DNA from: a virus
Lineage: Duplodnaviria; Heunggongvirae; Uroviricota; Caudoviricetes
Strand: one strand, 5' to 3'
Virus record (IMG/VR): IMGVR_UViG_2547132280_000007
Length of the DNA: 31,479 bases
Under the pieces are notes generated by a model. The model saw only the letters and a program-made list of their open reading frames with translations, made no database searches and was not told the DNA's origin. Within the stretch, counting starts at the first letter, position 1, and each line of letters opens with the position of its first letter. Position numbers and translations under genes: made by a program. Of this stretch, positions 1 to 8,125 are shown piece after piece.

Positions 1-642
1 TTAATCGGACGCTTTTAAATTTTTATTTTTCCCTGCAGAAAAATTAGCTTTCCCGCTGTTTTGCAACTCAACAAGAGGAGATAACCGTCGGTAAACAGCC
101 AAAAGTATCTTTAACTGAACCAGTTCATCTGCCCCCGATAGTTGAACCAAGTTTTTACGTTGTTCTTCACTAAGTGCCATCACAGATTCAAGTGATTTAA
201 CTGCGTCAGAAACAAGTTCAATCTCTTTAATTTGATTCTGTATACGCAGCTTCTCTGATTTCAACTTTGCCCATTCTCTTTGTCGATATGTACGCATCAC
301 CTGATCGTAAACTTTGTTGGCAGCCAGAATACTTCCACCAACAGCAGTAACTAACTCAGCAATCTGCCAAGAGATATCAATAAGAGCAGACAATTCAATA
401 AAGCCAGGAGAGGCATACTGAATTTTTTTCACTACAGGACGTAAATCTGGTGGAGTCGCACTGTAAGCCCCTCTAAAAAAGTTCACTACACTGTGCCCAC
501 CCTCCCAAGGCATTGTTGAATATCCTCTTGATCCTCCTTTTAGGCCATAAAAAAAACCATATAGCTGCAAATACTCTTTCGTTAAGACCGCGAAATCAGC
601 TAACTCCCAACGATTATCAAGCTCAATTATAACTTTTTCCAT
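1..642 (-). CDS. hypothetical protein, 213 aa, AT-rich; moron or flanking gene of unknown function
   Basis: Complete ORF (ATG at 642, stop at 1-3) with GGTGG about 6 nt upstream of the ATG. Roughly 38% GC against about 52% for the phage backbone. No motif recognised; C-terminal half looks coiled-coil-like (heptad-rich, K/E/Q/L). Confidence 0.5.
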   Translation of the reverse strand: MEKVIIELDNRWELADFAVLTKEYLQLYGFFYGLKGGSRGYSTMPWEGGHSVVNFFRGAYSATPPDLRPVVKKIQYASPGFIELSALIDISWQIAELVTAVGGSILAANKVYDQVMRTYRQREWAKLKSEKLRIQNQIKEIELVSDAVKSLESVMALSEEQRKNLVQLSGADELVQLKILLAVYRRLSPLVELQNSGKANFSAGKNKNLKASD

Positions 643-745
643 TTTCCACCAACCTGTCCAACTTTAAAAAGTTACTTTTAAGTATATGATAAACATAGTT
701 TATTAAACGTGATCCACTACTTTTAATGAAGAATATTCCCCAAAA

Positions 746-780
746 CAGAAAGCCCCTCGACTGAGGGGCTTTCTGTTTGT
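746..780 (-). terminator. intrinsic terminator hairpin downstream of ogr
   Basis: Perfect 13-bp inverted repeat cagaaagcccctc / gaggggctttctg with 4-nt loop gact (746-775). On the minus strand it is followed by TTTTG; on the plus strand by TTTGT, so it may act in both directions. Confidence 0.6.
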
Positions 781-782
781 AA

Positions 783-1001
783 TTACATCCACATAATTTG
801 CTGCCCTGACGGCAACGGGTGCGGCCTCACGGCGTGGACTTCTCCCGGCTTCACGATGTATCGCTGTACCGACTCATAAGTGATGAACGTAGCGCTGCAA
901 TTCACGTTCTGGCACTGGTGATAACGCTCTTTTGTCGTGTCAGTGATATAGCGACTTGTACGCGCATGTGCGGCATGCTGGCATAAAGGACAATGAAACA
1001 T
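783..1001 (-). CDS. ogr: Ogr late-gene transcription activator (zinc-finger), 72 aa
   Basis: Translation MFHCPLCQHAAHARTSRYITDTTKERYHQCQNVNCSATF... with the C-x2-C...C-x4-C zinc motif matches P2 Ogr as recalled. Start chosen at the internal ATG (1001) because GGAAGAGG lies 7-8 nt upstream; the track ORF extends to 1082. Confidence 0.9.
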   Translation of the reverse strand: MFHCPLCQHAAHARTSRYITDTTKERYHQCQNVNCSATFITYESVQRYIVKPGEVHAVRPHPLPSGQQIMWM

Positions 1002-1081
1002 CGCGAGCACCTCTTCCGGTTTTGTTAATGGTGCCATTTTATTTAATTTATCCTTATAAAACAAACAGATAAAACAAAACA
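1002..1081 (-). promoter_or_regulatory. AT-rich intergenic region upstream of ogr; candidate ogr promoter
   Basis: 80-bp AT-rich spacer between the D stop and the ogr start, containing TAAAAT-like and TTGTTT-like hexamers on the minus strand. Position-based only. Confidence 0.3.
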
Positions 1082-2245
1082 TTAATCATCATCTTCTGTT
1101 TCGTACTCCACATCAGAAAGCCTGACCTCAAGCTCTAAGGACGTCGTGAAGCCGCTATTATTCAGAAAATGTGTCACCTTAGTGATTGTCCAGTCCTGCT
1201 CGTCTATGACGCGCTTAAAGCCTGACACTCTGACCGGTGTTTCCGTGTAAATATCAGCACGACCAGTGGCAAGGCTGATGGAGAACTCCGCGACGCCCCG
1301 TTGCAGTTTGTCCCACTTCGCCTGAGCGGCGCGCATGGCCTGCGCTTTCGTGGCATATACCGTGGTCAGGGCAAAAACGTTGTCAGCCTCACCTGCCATG
1401 TATTCACCTTCGCGCGCTTCCGGTACTTTTGACGCTTTCTTCTGCGTGACTGGTTTCGCTTTCGGGTGCTCCAGTGCGCGCAGGTGTTTCTCTTTCTTTT
1501 TGCGTTTCAGTTTTACCTTCTGCTTTTGTGGCTTCGGGTCTTTGGTGTGTAACCACTTTGCCGTTACGCCGGTATAGGCTCCACGGTCAGCAATCGCAAA
1601 ATGATGGCGGTCGCCGTCGCTGCGGGTGATGGTAATCTGCGGGATTTTTTTACCGCTGGCCGTCACCCCCTGCCCTGCTTTGAGAAACAGCAGTTTTCCC
1701 ATTTTTACCGACACCTCGCCGCCGTTGCGTTCAGCAAGACGGGTCAGGAATTTCACATCAGACTCCTGCGACTGGTCGATGTGCGGGATTTTAATTCCGG
1801 CCAGTGACGGAGCGACACTGGCTTCCAGCCTGTTACGGGAGGCTATCGCCTCAACAATCGCACCGAGCGTGGTGTCATGCCAGGAGCCTTCCCGGCGGGA
1901 ATTGAGCGTCCCACGAAAATCTGCACTCCGGGCACGGATGGTGACCACATCCGGTGCGCCCCGGTGTTCAACCTCATCAACGGTAAATTTCCCTTTGCAT
2001 ACCAGGGCAAAGCCTTTCCAGCCGATATACACCGTCAGGACAGCGCCACGAATCGGCAGCCCGACCTGCCCGTCGGCATCGTTCAGTTCAATATCAAGCT
2101 GGTCAGCCTCAAAGCCCCGGTTATCCGTCAGGGTCATGCTCATCAGACGGTCGCTGATATTGCCGGTAATATCCCTGCTGTCGAGCATCAGCATGTAATC
2201 CGGCGTCAGCGTACTGCCTGCATCAAATGTCAGCGCATCCAGCAT
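1082..2245 (-). CDS. D: tail protein gpD, 387 aa
   Basis: Position and length as in the P2 FI-FII-E-T-U-D operon; start overlaps the U stop. Confidence 0.85.
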   Translation of the reverse strand: MLDALTFDAGSTLTPDYMLMLDSRDITGNISDRLMSMTLTDNRGFEADQLDIELNDADGQVGLPIRGAVLTVYIGWKGFALVCKGKFTVDEVEHRGAPDVVTIRARSADFRGTLNSRREGSWHDTTLGAIVEAIASRNRLEASVAPSLAGIKIPHIDQSQESDVKFLTRLAERNGGEVSVKMGKLLFLKAGQGVTASGKKIPQITITRSDGDRHHFAIADRGAYTGVTAKWLHTKDPKPQKQKVKLKRKKKEKHLRALEHPKAKPVTQKKASKVPEAREGEYMAGEADNVFALTTVYATKAQAMRAAQAKWDKLQRGVAEFSISLATGRADIYTETPVRVSGFKRVIDEQDWTITKVTHFLNNSGFTTSLELEVRLSDVEYETEDDD

Positions 2246-2724
2246 TATCCCGCCCCCGTCATACCCGTGAATCTGGTCGCCATACTGCCAGCCTTACCGA
2301 TGAGCGATTCCGCCTGTTTACCGATATCGCCATAAAGCGCGGCCAGTGATTCGTCAACGCGGGTGAGCGACAGCGTAAAATCAATTTTTCGGGGTGTGCC
2401 GTCTGCAAAGAAAATACTCCCTGTTTCACTCACCTTGCTGATGACATACATGCCGTAAATCATGCCAGTGCCATCCAGCAACGGCCACGCCCGGCCTTCA
2501 TCTGCCATCAGCCTGAGCGTGGTCATCGTCAGCTTTCCGCCGGTCAGTTCGGGATAAAGCACACCGGCAAGCGTCATGTTTTCCTCACCCACACCGAGAA
2601 ACTGGTAGGCCTCCCGTTTACCGATACGGGAATTTGACGGCCAGCGATAATCTGATTCACGCTGCATGGTCTGGTGTGGCAGCGTCTGGCGCATAAAAAC
2701 AAACATACCTAACGCGAGCATCAT
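2245..2724 (-). CDS. U: tail protein gpU, 159 aa
   Basis: Synteny (between T and D) and size match P2 gpU. Confidence 0.85.
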   Translation of the reverse strand: MMLALGMFVFMRQTLPHQTMQRESDYRWPSNSRIGKREAYQFLGVGEENMTLAGVLYPELTGGKLTMTTLRLMADEGRAWPLLDGTGMIYGMYVISKVSETGSIFFADGTPRKIDFTLSLTRVDESLAALYGDIGKQAESLIGKAGSMATRFTGMTGAG

Positions 2725-2738
2725 TTTTCGTCACCTCC

Positions 2739-5186
2739 TTAACCGTCATGCATCATGCTGGCACGGGCGCGCGCACGTTTATCCCGCTCGTATTTTTCGA
2801 GCGCATCCTGTAACTGGCGGTCAAGCTGTGTCCCCGGCGCAGTACCACCCGTCAGGCTGATGTGATATTCGTTTTTACTCTGGTCCACATAAGAGCGGCC
2901 AGCCGGTGCCGTGACCGGCTGATAAGCCTGATAGCCTGCATAAGAGCTGGTCGCCGGAATATAACCACCGGTGCCATACGTGGCGGCATGAGTTCTGGCG
3001 GCGGTCTGGTCAAGTGTGTCTGACTCTTTGTTGATAACACCGAGTTTTTCCAGTACCCAGTCAATACCGCTGCGCAGTTTGTTGAACGCATTAAGCGGCA
3101 GCATCAGCGCGTCAGCCAGTGCCTGCCCGAACATGACGCCCGTGTCACGGCAACGGTTCAGGGTGTCCTGTGTGGCTTTAACCGGAGCAATCAGGTTTGT
3201 AAACCACTGCCACGCGGCCTGTAACTTTTCGCCCAGCCAGTCAAACACCGGCTTAAGTGGCGTGAACAGCTCCCCCACCGGCGCAAATGCCGCTTTCAGC
3301 CCTTCAACCACACCGCCAAAGAATGCGCTGACAGGCTCCCAGTATTTACGGATAAGCAACGCCCCGGCGACAATGGCAGCCACCACGGCCACAACCGGCC
3401 AGCTAATCGCACCGATGGCCGTCATAACGGCACTACCAACCGTCGTGAAGATTGCCCCCATTGCGCCTGCTGCCGCGATAATGGCATTGATGCCGGTGAT
3501 AACCGGCCAGGCTACAAGGCCAATGGCACCGATGATGCCAGTCAGCGCCAGTGCACCGCCGGCAATGAGGCCGATGGTTGACGCCAGTGATTTGTTTTTC
3601 TGTATCCAGCCGTCGAGTTTTAACACATACTTTGTGGCCGTCTGCGTGAGCTTACGCAGCGCGCCTTCCTGCTGGTCAAACAGGTCAGTCCCCACAGCCT
3701 CATAAGCGGACTGAAACTCCTTAAAGTCACCGCCGAGGTTATCCTGCATGATTTTAACCAGCTCTTCCGTTTTACTGTCCGAGGCTTTCAGCGTGGCGGT
3801 CAGCGTATCCAGTTTTCCGCTTGCTGCCGCTGCCAGTAAAACGTTCGCTGATTTCAGGGCTTCCTCACCAAAAATGGTTTTAAGGTATTCCCCCTTCTGA
3901 GACGTTCCCAGCTTGTGTTTATCAAAGCTGGCCTGAATCTCTTTCAGAATGGTGAACAACGGACGCATATTTCCCTTTTTGTCCGAGGTTTTAACGCCAA
4001 GCTCTTTGAGTGCATCCCATGCTTTTCCAGTCGGAGCCTGTAATCGGGTGACAACGGCACTACTACCCGTACCCGCCATTGACCCCCTGATGTTATTGTC
4101 ATGCAGCACACCGGTCATGGCTGCTGCCTGCTCAAGACTTACACCTGCCGTTCTTGCGACCGGACCGAGGTAAGTCAGTGCATCACTGAGTCCCTGAAAA
4201 TCAGCCGCCGACTTATTCATCGTTGCCGACAACACGTCGCCCACATGGCTGACATCATCATTTGACAGTTGAAAGGATGCCTTAGTCCCCAGCAACAGTT
4301 GCGCGTTTTCTTCCATCGACCGCTGATTCGCCAGCGCCATATTCAGCGTGACCGGCGTTGCCGCCTGAATGGCATCAACATCCCCACCCGCTTTCGCGAT
4401 GATTATCTGTGCACCGACCGCATCATCCGCCGAGGCGGCGGTATTGTCGCCGAGCTGGCGCGCCTGTTTGCGTAGTGCGGTCATTTCGGCGGAGTCTTTT
4501 GCCACTCCGAGCACGGCCTGCAATTCTGAGTTTTTCTGCGCAAACTCATAACCGGGCATCAGCAACTTAACTCCGGCCATCGTTCCCGCCGCCGCAATCC
4601 CCACACCGGCAGCGCCCACTGAGGCCATATTTCCGGCCAGTTCCTTTCCGGCCTGATAACGCTGTTTGACTGCGTTAAGTTTGGCCTGTTGCGCACTGAC
4701 ACGCGCCAGCGCGTCACGCTGACGGTTAAGTTGTGCGATGGTTTCACTGATACGGTTTTTCAGTCCCTGCTCATCATGTGCAAGATTGCGGGTATTAATT
4801 CCCACAGCGGCCAGTTCCCGCTGCTGGCGTTTAACGGAATCCGTCAGGCGGTTATATTTCGCCTGTAAGTCCTCCGCCGCACGCTTTGCGGATTCCAGCA
4901 CTTTCGCCTGAGCACGGGTCGGTCGTTCGGTGTTTTTAAACTGTGTGGCAAGGGCTTCGGCCTCCTGCCGTGCCTTTTCAAGTGCATGACCAGTTACGGC
5001 AAGCTGTGCGCTGGTCTTACGGAATCCCTCAATACGGGATACCTGACCGTTCAGCTCGCGCAGTGATTTTTGTGTTTCCCGGATATCCCCCGACAGCGAC
5101 TTGCTCGCTGTACGGATGGATTTAAACGGGCGGGATGCCTGGTCAACAGCCCTGAGCAATACCTGTAATTTTACATTGTTACTCAT
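2739..5186 (-). CDS. T: tail tape measure protein gpT, 815 aa
   Basis: 815 aa; coiled-coil N-terminal region, central hydrophobic Gly/Ala-rich segments; located directly downstream of E/E'. Confidence 0.9.
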   Translation of the reverse strand: MSNNVKLQVLLRAVDQASRPFKSIRTASKSLSGDIRETQKSLRELNGQVSRIEGFRKTSAQLAVTGHALEKARQEAEALATQFKNTERPTRAQAKVLESAKRAAEDLQAKYNRLTDSVKRQQRELAAVGINTRNLAHDEQGLKNRISETIAQLNRQRDALARVSAQQAKLNAVKQRYQAGKELAGNMASVGAAGVGIAAAGTMAGVKLLMPGYEFAQKNSELQAVLGVAKDSAEMTALRKQARQLGDNTAASADDAVGAQIIIAKAGGDVDAIQAATPVTLNMALANQRSMEENAQLLLGTKASFQLSNDDVSHVGDVLSATMNKSAADFQGLSDALTYLGPVARTAGVSLEQAAAMTGVLHDNNIRGSMAGTGSSAVVTRLQAPTGKAWDALKELGVKTSDKKGNMRPLFTILKEIQASFDKHKLGTSQKGEYLKTIFGEEALKSANVLLAAAASGKLDTLTATLKASDSKTEELVKIMQDNLGGDFKEFQSAYEAVGTDLFDQQEGALRKLTQTATKYVLKLDGWIQKNKSLASTIGLIAGGALALTGIIGAIGLVAWPVITGINAIIAAAGAMGAIFTTVGSAVMTAIGAISWPVVAVVAAIVAGALLIRKYWEPVSAFFGGVVEGLKAAFAPVGELFTPLKPVFDWLGEKLQAAWQWFTNLIAPVKATQDTLNRCRDTGVMFGQALADALMLPLNAFNKLRSGIDWVLEKLGVINKESDTLDQTAARTHAATYGTGGYIPATSSYAGYQAYQPVTAPAGRSYVDQSKNEYHISLTGGTAPGTQLDRQLQDALEKYERDKRARARASMMHDG

Positions 5187-5606
5187 TCGTGTTTCCGCTT
5201 CGCCGGAGCGCCTTTTCGCGCCATGTGATGAGTTCGGTCAGGCTCATGGGATACAGTTCTGATGGCGGCCAGTGAAATATCACTGCCACATCCGCCATCA
5301 GGTCATCGACCGAGAGATTTTTCGGAAACGTTACTGCACCGAGTTCGGCGACAAAAAACCGACCACCTTACCGGCCAGTGCCACAAGGTCAGGCAGTTCC
5401 AGCGCGGCGACCTCCTGCTCGGTCAGCATCGGTGCCGTCATGCGCGGCAGCACTTTAATCAGTGCATCGACTTCGGAGTTTGCGACCGCAGCCAGACTGA
5501 CACCGCGCAGCGTCCCGGCATTGGGTTTCATCAGCGTGACCTGTTCGATAACCTGCTCACCACGCTTGACCGGATTGTCCAGGGTAATGACATTTTCTTT
5601 GTTCAT
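5179..5606 (-). CDS. E+E': gpE+E' tail assembly chaperone extension made by -1 programmed frameshift
   Basis: Hand translation: after the heptamer T_TTT_TTG (5358..5352, minus strand) the -1 frame reads VAELGAVTFPKNLSVDDLMADVAVIFHWPPSELYPMSLTELITWREKALRRSGNTNE and stops at TAA 5181-5179, overlapping the T start (ATG at 5186). Confidence 0.75.
5331..5606 (-). CDS. E: tail assembly chaperone gpE, 91 aa
   Basis: 91-aa ORF between FII and T, ending ...GFLSPNSVQ; contains the slippery site near its 3' end. Confidence 0.85.
   Translation of the reverse strand: MNKENVITLDNPVKRGEQVIEQVTLMKPNAGTLRGVSLAAVANSEVDALIKVLPRMTAPMLTEQEVAALELPDLVALAGKVVGFLSPNSVQ
5352..5358 (-). other. -1 programmed ribosomal frameshift slippery heptamer T_TTT_TTG
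   Basis: Minus-strand sequence GGTTTTTTGTCG located 7 codons before the gpE stop; the -1 frame downstream is open for 57 codons. Confidence 0.75.
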
Positions 5607-5662
5607 GGTTTTCTCACTTCTGAATCAGGGTTAACCGGCCAGCCAGGCTGACCGGATGAAAA

Positions 5663-6181
5663 TCACAGGCCGATATTGCGGCGGTGTTGCTCCAGCCGGT
5701 CGACGCCGTTCACCTTCTCAATCATGTTGATGGTGTCAATTTCGACCAGCTCCTTACCGTCCATCGTCAGCCGGAAATAGGTGCAGACCACGGAGATTTT
5801 CGACTCAGTGTCTTCTCCCTGTTTACCCTCGCCGGTGTCGATTTCTTTCTGACGTCCACGCATGACCACTTCGACGGCCACCGTTTCGCCGGTATCGTCG
5901 CGCTGGTAAGAGCCTGCAAAACGAATCGGCACGGCATCCACACCGGTTGCGGCGTAAAGCTCCCAGATAACCGAATCCGGGAAGCCACCGAGCGACCACT
6001 CCATTGACAGCGCATCGTCATCAAGGCCGAGGTCTACCGGTGCGCTGCCGTTCATTCCCGCACCGCGATAGTTTTCGAGCTTACGGGTCAGTTTTGGTAG
6101 CGTGACGGACTTCGCGACGCCCTGATAGCTGTAGCCGTTCAGAAAGACGTTCATTAACTTGAGTTTGCGCGGCATTGCCAT
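5663..6181 (-). CDS. FII: tail tube protein gpFII, 172 aa
   Basis: Synteny and length as P2 FII. Confidence 0.9.
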   Translation of the reverse strand: MAMPRKLKLMNVFLNGYSYQGVAKSVTLPKLTRKLENYRGAGMNGSAPVDLGLDDDALSMEWSLGGFPDSVIWELYAATGVDAVPIRFAGSYQRDDTGETVAVEVVMRGRQKEIDTGEGKQGEDTESKISVVCTYFRLTMDGKELVEIDTINMIEKVNGVDRLEQHRRNIGL

Positions 6182-6193
6182 CGGTCAGGCTCC

Positions 6194-7384
6194 TTAATTG
6201 CTGTTAACCGAGGTGACCAGATTTGCCAGGTATTTATCGGTAATACGCTGGCGCAGGGTCAGGTTTTCAAGAGGAGGCACCGGGGTATAGTCGTAGTCGA
6301 TATACAGTTTTCCGGCCTTGAGGGTTTCCGCATCGTTGGATTCTTCGCTGAACCAGCAGGTCGCATCCACGATATAGCCGTTTGTTTTCAGCTCACGGAA
6401 TTTGGCATTGATGCCGTCAACGATGTCGCGAATCAGCGTTGCGGTGATGGGCTTATCCACAGCCCACATGTGCGCCTCAGCCATCGTGTCGGCCAGCACC
6501 TGCGCAGTGCGGGTGTAGTTTTCAAAGAGGAACAGCGGGTCATCAGAGCAGGTACGGTTACCCCAGAAGCGGAAACCGTCGCGGCGAATCAGCGTAGTGA
6601 CACCTGACTCGTTAAGAAGGTCAGCATCGGTGCCGGACTCCTGCAAATCCCAGAATACAGATGCGCTGATGCCGGTAACACCGTTTACCCCGACGTTGGA
6701 CAGCGTTTTATGCCAGCCCTGCTCCTGGTCGATTTTAGCGCGCAGCCCCAGTGCACGGGCGGTGGCATACGCGGTGGCGGTGGTACTGGTGACCGTATCC
6801 CATGCGAGGAAATCCGGCCAGATGACCATCAGCTCACGCTGGCTGAAATTCTGACGGTAGGCTTTCACCTCGGAAATGGTTTTACAGCCCCATGCGCTGA
6901 TATACCCGAAAGCGCGCAGCTTCTGACAGACTGATGCCAGTGCAACAGCCACCTCTTTGGTATCCAGTCCCGGCACGCCGAGAATACGCGGTTTTACACC
7001 GGTTACCGACTCCGCCGCCAGCAGGGCTTTCAGTCCGGTGTACTGACCGTTTTCGTCGGTGGTGCCGATGATATTGGAAACGGTCTGCGCGAGTTTCGTT
7101 TCTTCGTCTTCGCCGGTGCCGTCTTCCACACGCACGACAACGGTGACCGGTTTTGACTGGTCGGCGATGGCCTGTAACGATGCCGCCAGCGTGCCTTTTT
7201 TACCGGCCTTCGCAATTGCGCTCTGCACATTGGTAATCAGCACCGGTTTATTGAGGGGGAAGGTTTCCGCATCTGCATCGCTGGCCGTGCAGACCATGCC
7301 GACAATGGCCGTGGATACGGTGGAAATGACGCGGGTGCCGTCGTTAATCTCCAGCACCTGCACGCCGTGATGATAGTCACTCAT
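6194..7384 (-). CDS. FI: contractile tail sheath protein gpFI, 396 aa
   Basis: 396 aa, first gene of the FI-FII-E-T-U-D operon. Confidence 0.9.
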   Translation of the reverse strand: MSDYHHGVQVLEINDGTRVISTVSTAIVGMVCTASDADAETFPLNKPVLITNVQSAIAKAGKKGTLAASLQAIADQSKPVTVVVRVEDGTGEDEETKLAQTVSNIIGTTDENGQYTGLKALLAAESVTGVKPRILGVPGLDTKEVAVALASVCQKLRAFGYISAWGCKTISEVKAYRQNFSQRELMVIWPDFLAWDTVTSTTATAYATARALGLRAKIDQEQGWHKTLSNVGVNGVTGISASVFWDLQESGTDADLLNESGVTTLIRRDGFRFWGNRTCSDDPLFLFENYTRTAQVLADTMAEAHMWAVDKPITATLIRDIVDGINAKFRELKTNGYIVDATCWFSEESNDAETLKAGKLYIDYDYTPVPPLENLTLRQRITDKYLANLVTSVNSN

Positions 7385-7480
7385 CCGTTTAACTCCGTGG
7401 TTAATGGGTGAGTGGTATTTTCAGTTGTGCAGGGCATGAGATGCTATTTGACCTGGCTGGTCAGGGGATGAAACAACAGA
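7385..7480 (-). promoter_or_regulatory. candidate Ogr-dependent late promoter region upstream of FI
   Basis: Non-coding spacer between the terminator at 7481-7506 and the FI start. No consensus element was identified with confidence. Confidence 0.3.
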
Positions 7481-7506
7481 TAAAAAAGGCGGGCAATCAG
7501 CCCGCC
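7481..7506 (-). terminator. intrinsic terminator ending the V-W-J-I-H-G operon
   Basis: Stem ggcgggc (7488-7494) / gcccgcc (7500-7506) with loop aatca; on the minus strand followed by TTTTTT (7482-7487). Confidence 0.65.
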
Positions 7507-7714
7507 TGTATTTATTGCGGTATTTCCGACCATTCAGGATTTGCAGGATCCACACGACCAGAAAGACAGCTACTGATTAATCAGGCCAATAAATACATGA
7601 ACAGTAAGCAATAGCCCGGCAGGTCTGAGGTACTGGCGCAATATAATTTGTGGCTGGATTACCTGTACGCACCGGAGCGGTCCGATACTTCCGGTACGTC
7701 AGATATTGAATGGC

Positions 7715-8125
7715 CTACGCCTCCTGCAGTTCAGGCCAGATGACATCCGGTGCGGTGCTGGTATCTGTTGCCGTCACAGCGTCGATATAATCCAGCACAA
7801 CGTTAAGTCGGGTAGTTTCTTCTTGCGTCAGTTTGCGCCCGGCCTGCAGCTTTAACTGAATCACGCTGATATTGGCCATTGCTGCGTCTATCAGCGACTG
7901 TTTTTTCTGTTCAGCGTCAGCTACCAGTTCATCATGAGAACGTTCCGGAGGGAGCGGCGCAGTAAATACCCCGTCTGAATACCCCCAGCCGATTCCGGGA
8001 TGCTCACTGATATCAGAAATATCAATGAGCTGCTGATTATCCGGCACTGTGAATTCAGCCTCGCCATCCCAGACAATGACATTCACAACCATCCCATTTT
8101 CAATAACTGCATATGACGCATTCAT
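7715..8125 (-). CDS. G: tail fibre assembly chaperone (gpG-position), 136 aa
   Basis: Start ATG overlaps the H stop (TAATG) with GAGGAG 9 nt upstream. Shorter than P2 gpG (about 175 aa), consistent with an exchanged host-range cassette. Confidence 0.75.
   Translation of the reverse strand: MNASYAVIENGMVVNVIVWDGEAEFTVPDNQQLIDISDISEHPGIGWGYSDGVFTAPLPPERSHDELVADAEQKKQSLIDAAMANISVIQLKLQAGRKLTQEETTRLNVVLDYIDAVTATDTSTAPDVIWPELQEA

Noticed and set aside
1335-5125. Several plus-strand ORFs (60-229 aa) in the track overlapping D, U and T
   Set aside because: They lie antisense to conserved structural genes and lack ribosome-binding sites; they are frame artefacts.
7408-7614. 68-aa plus-strand ORF in the G-FI intergenic region (the P2 Z/fun position)
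   Set aside because: No RBS, and it overlaps the terminator hairpin. The spacer is only about 330 bp, so this locus appears empty of cargo; the ORF is most likely spurious.
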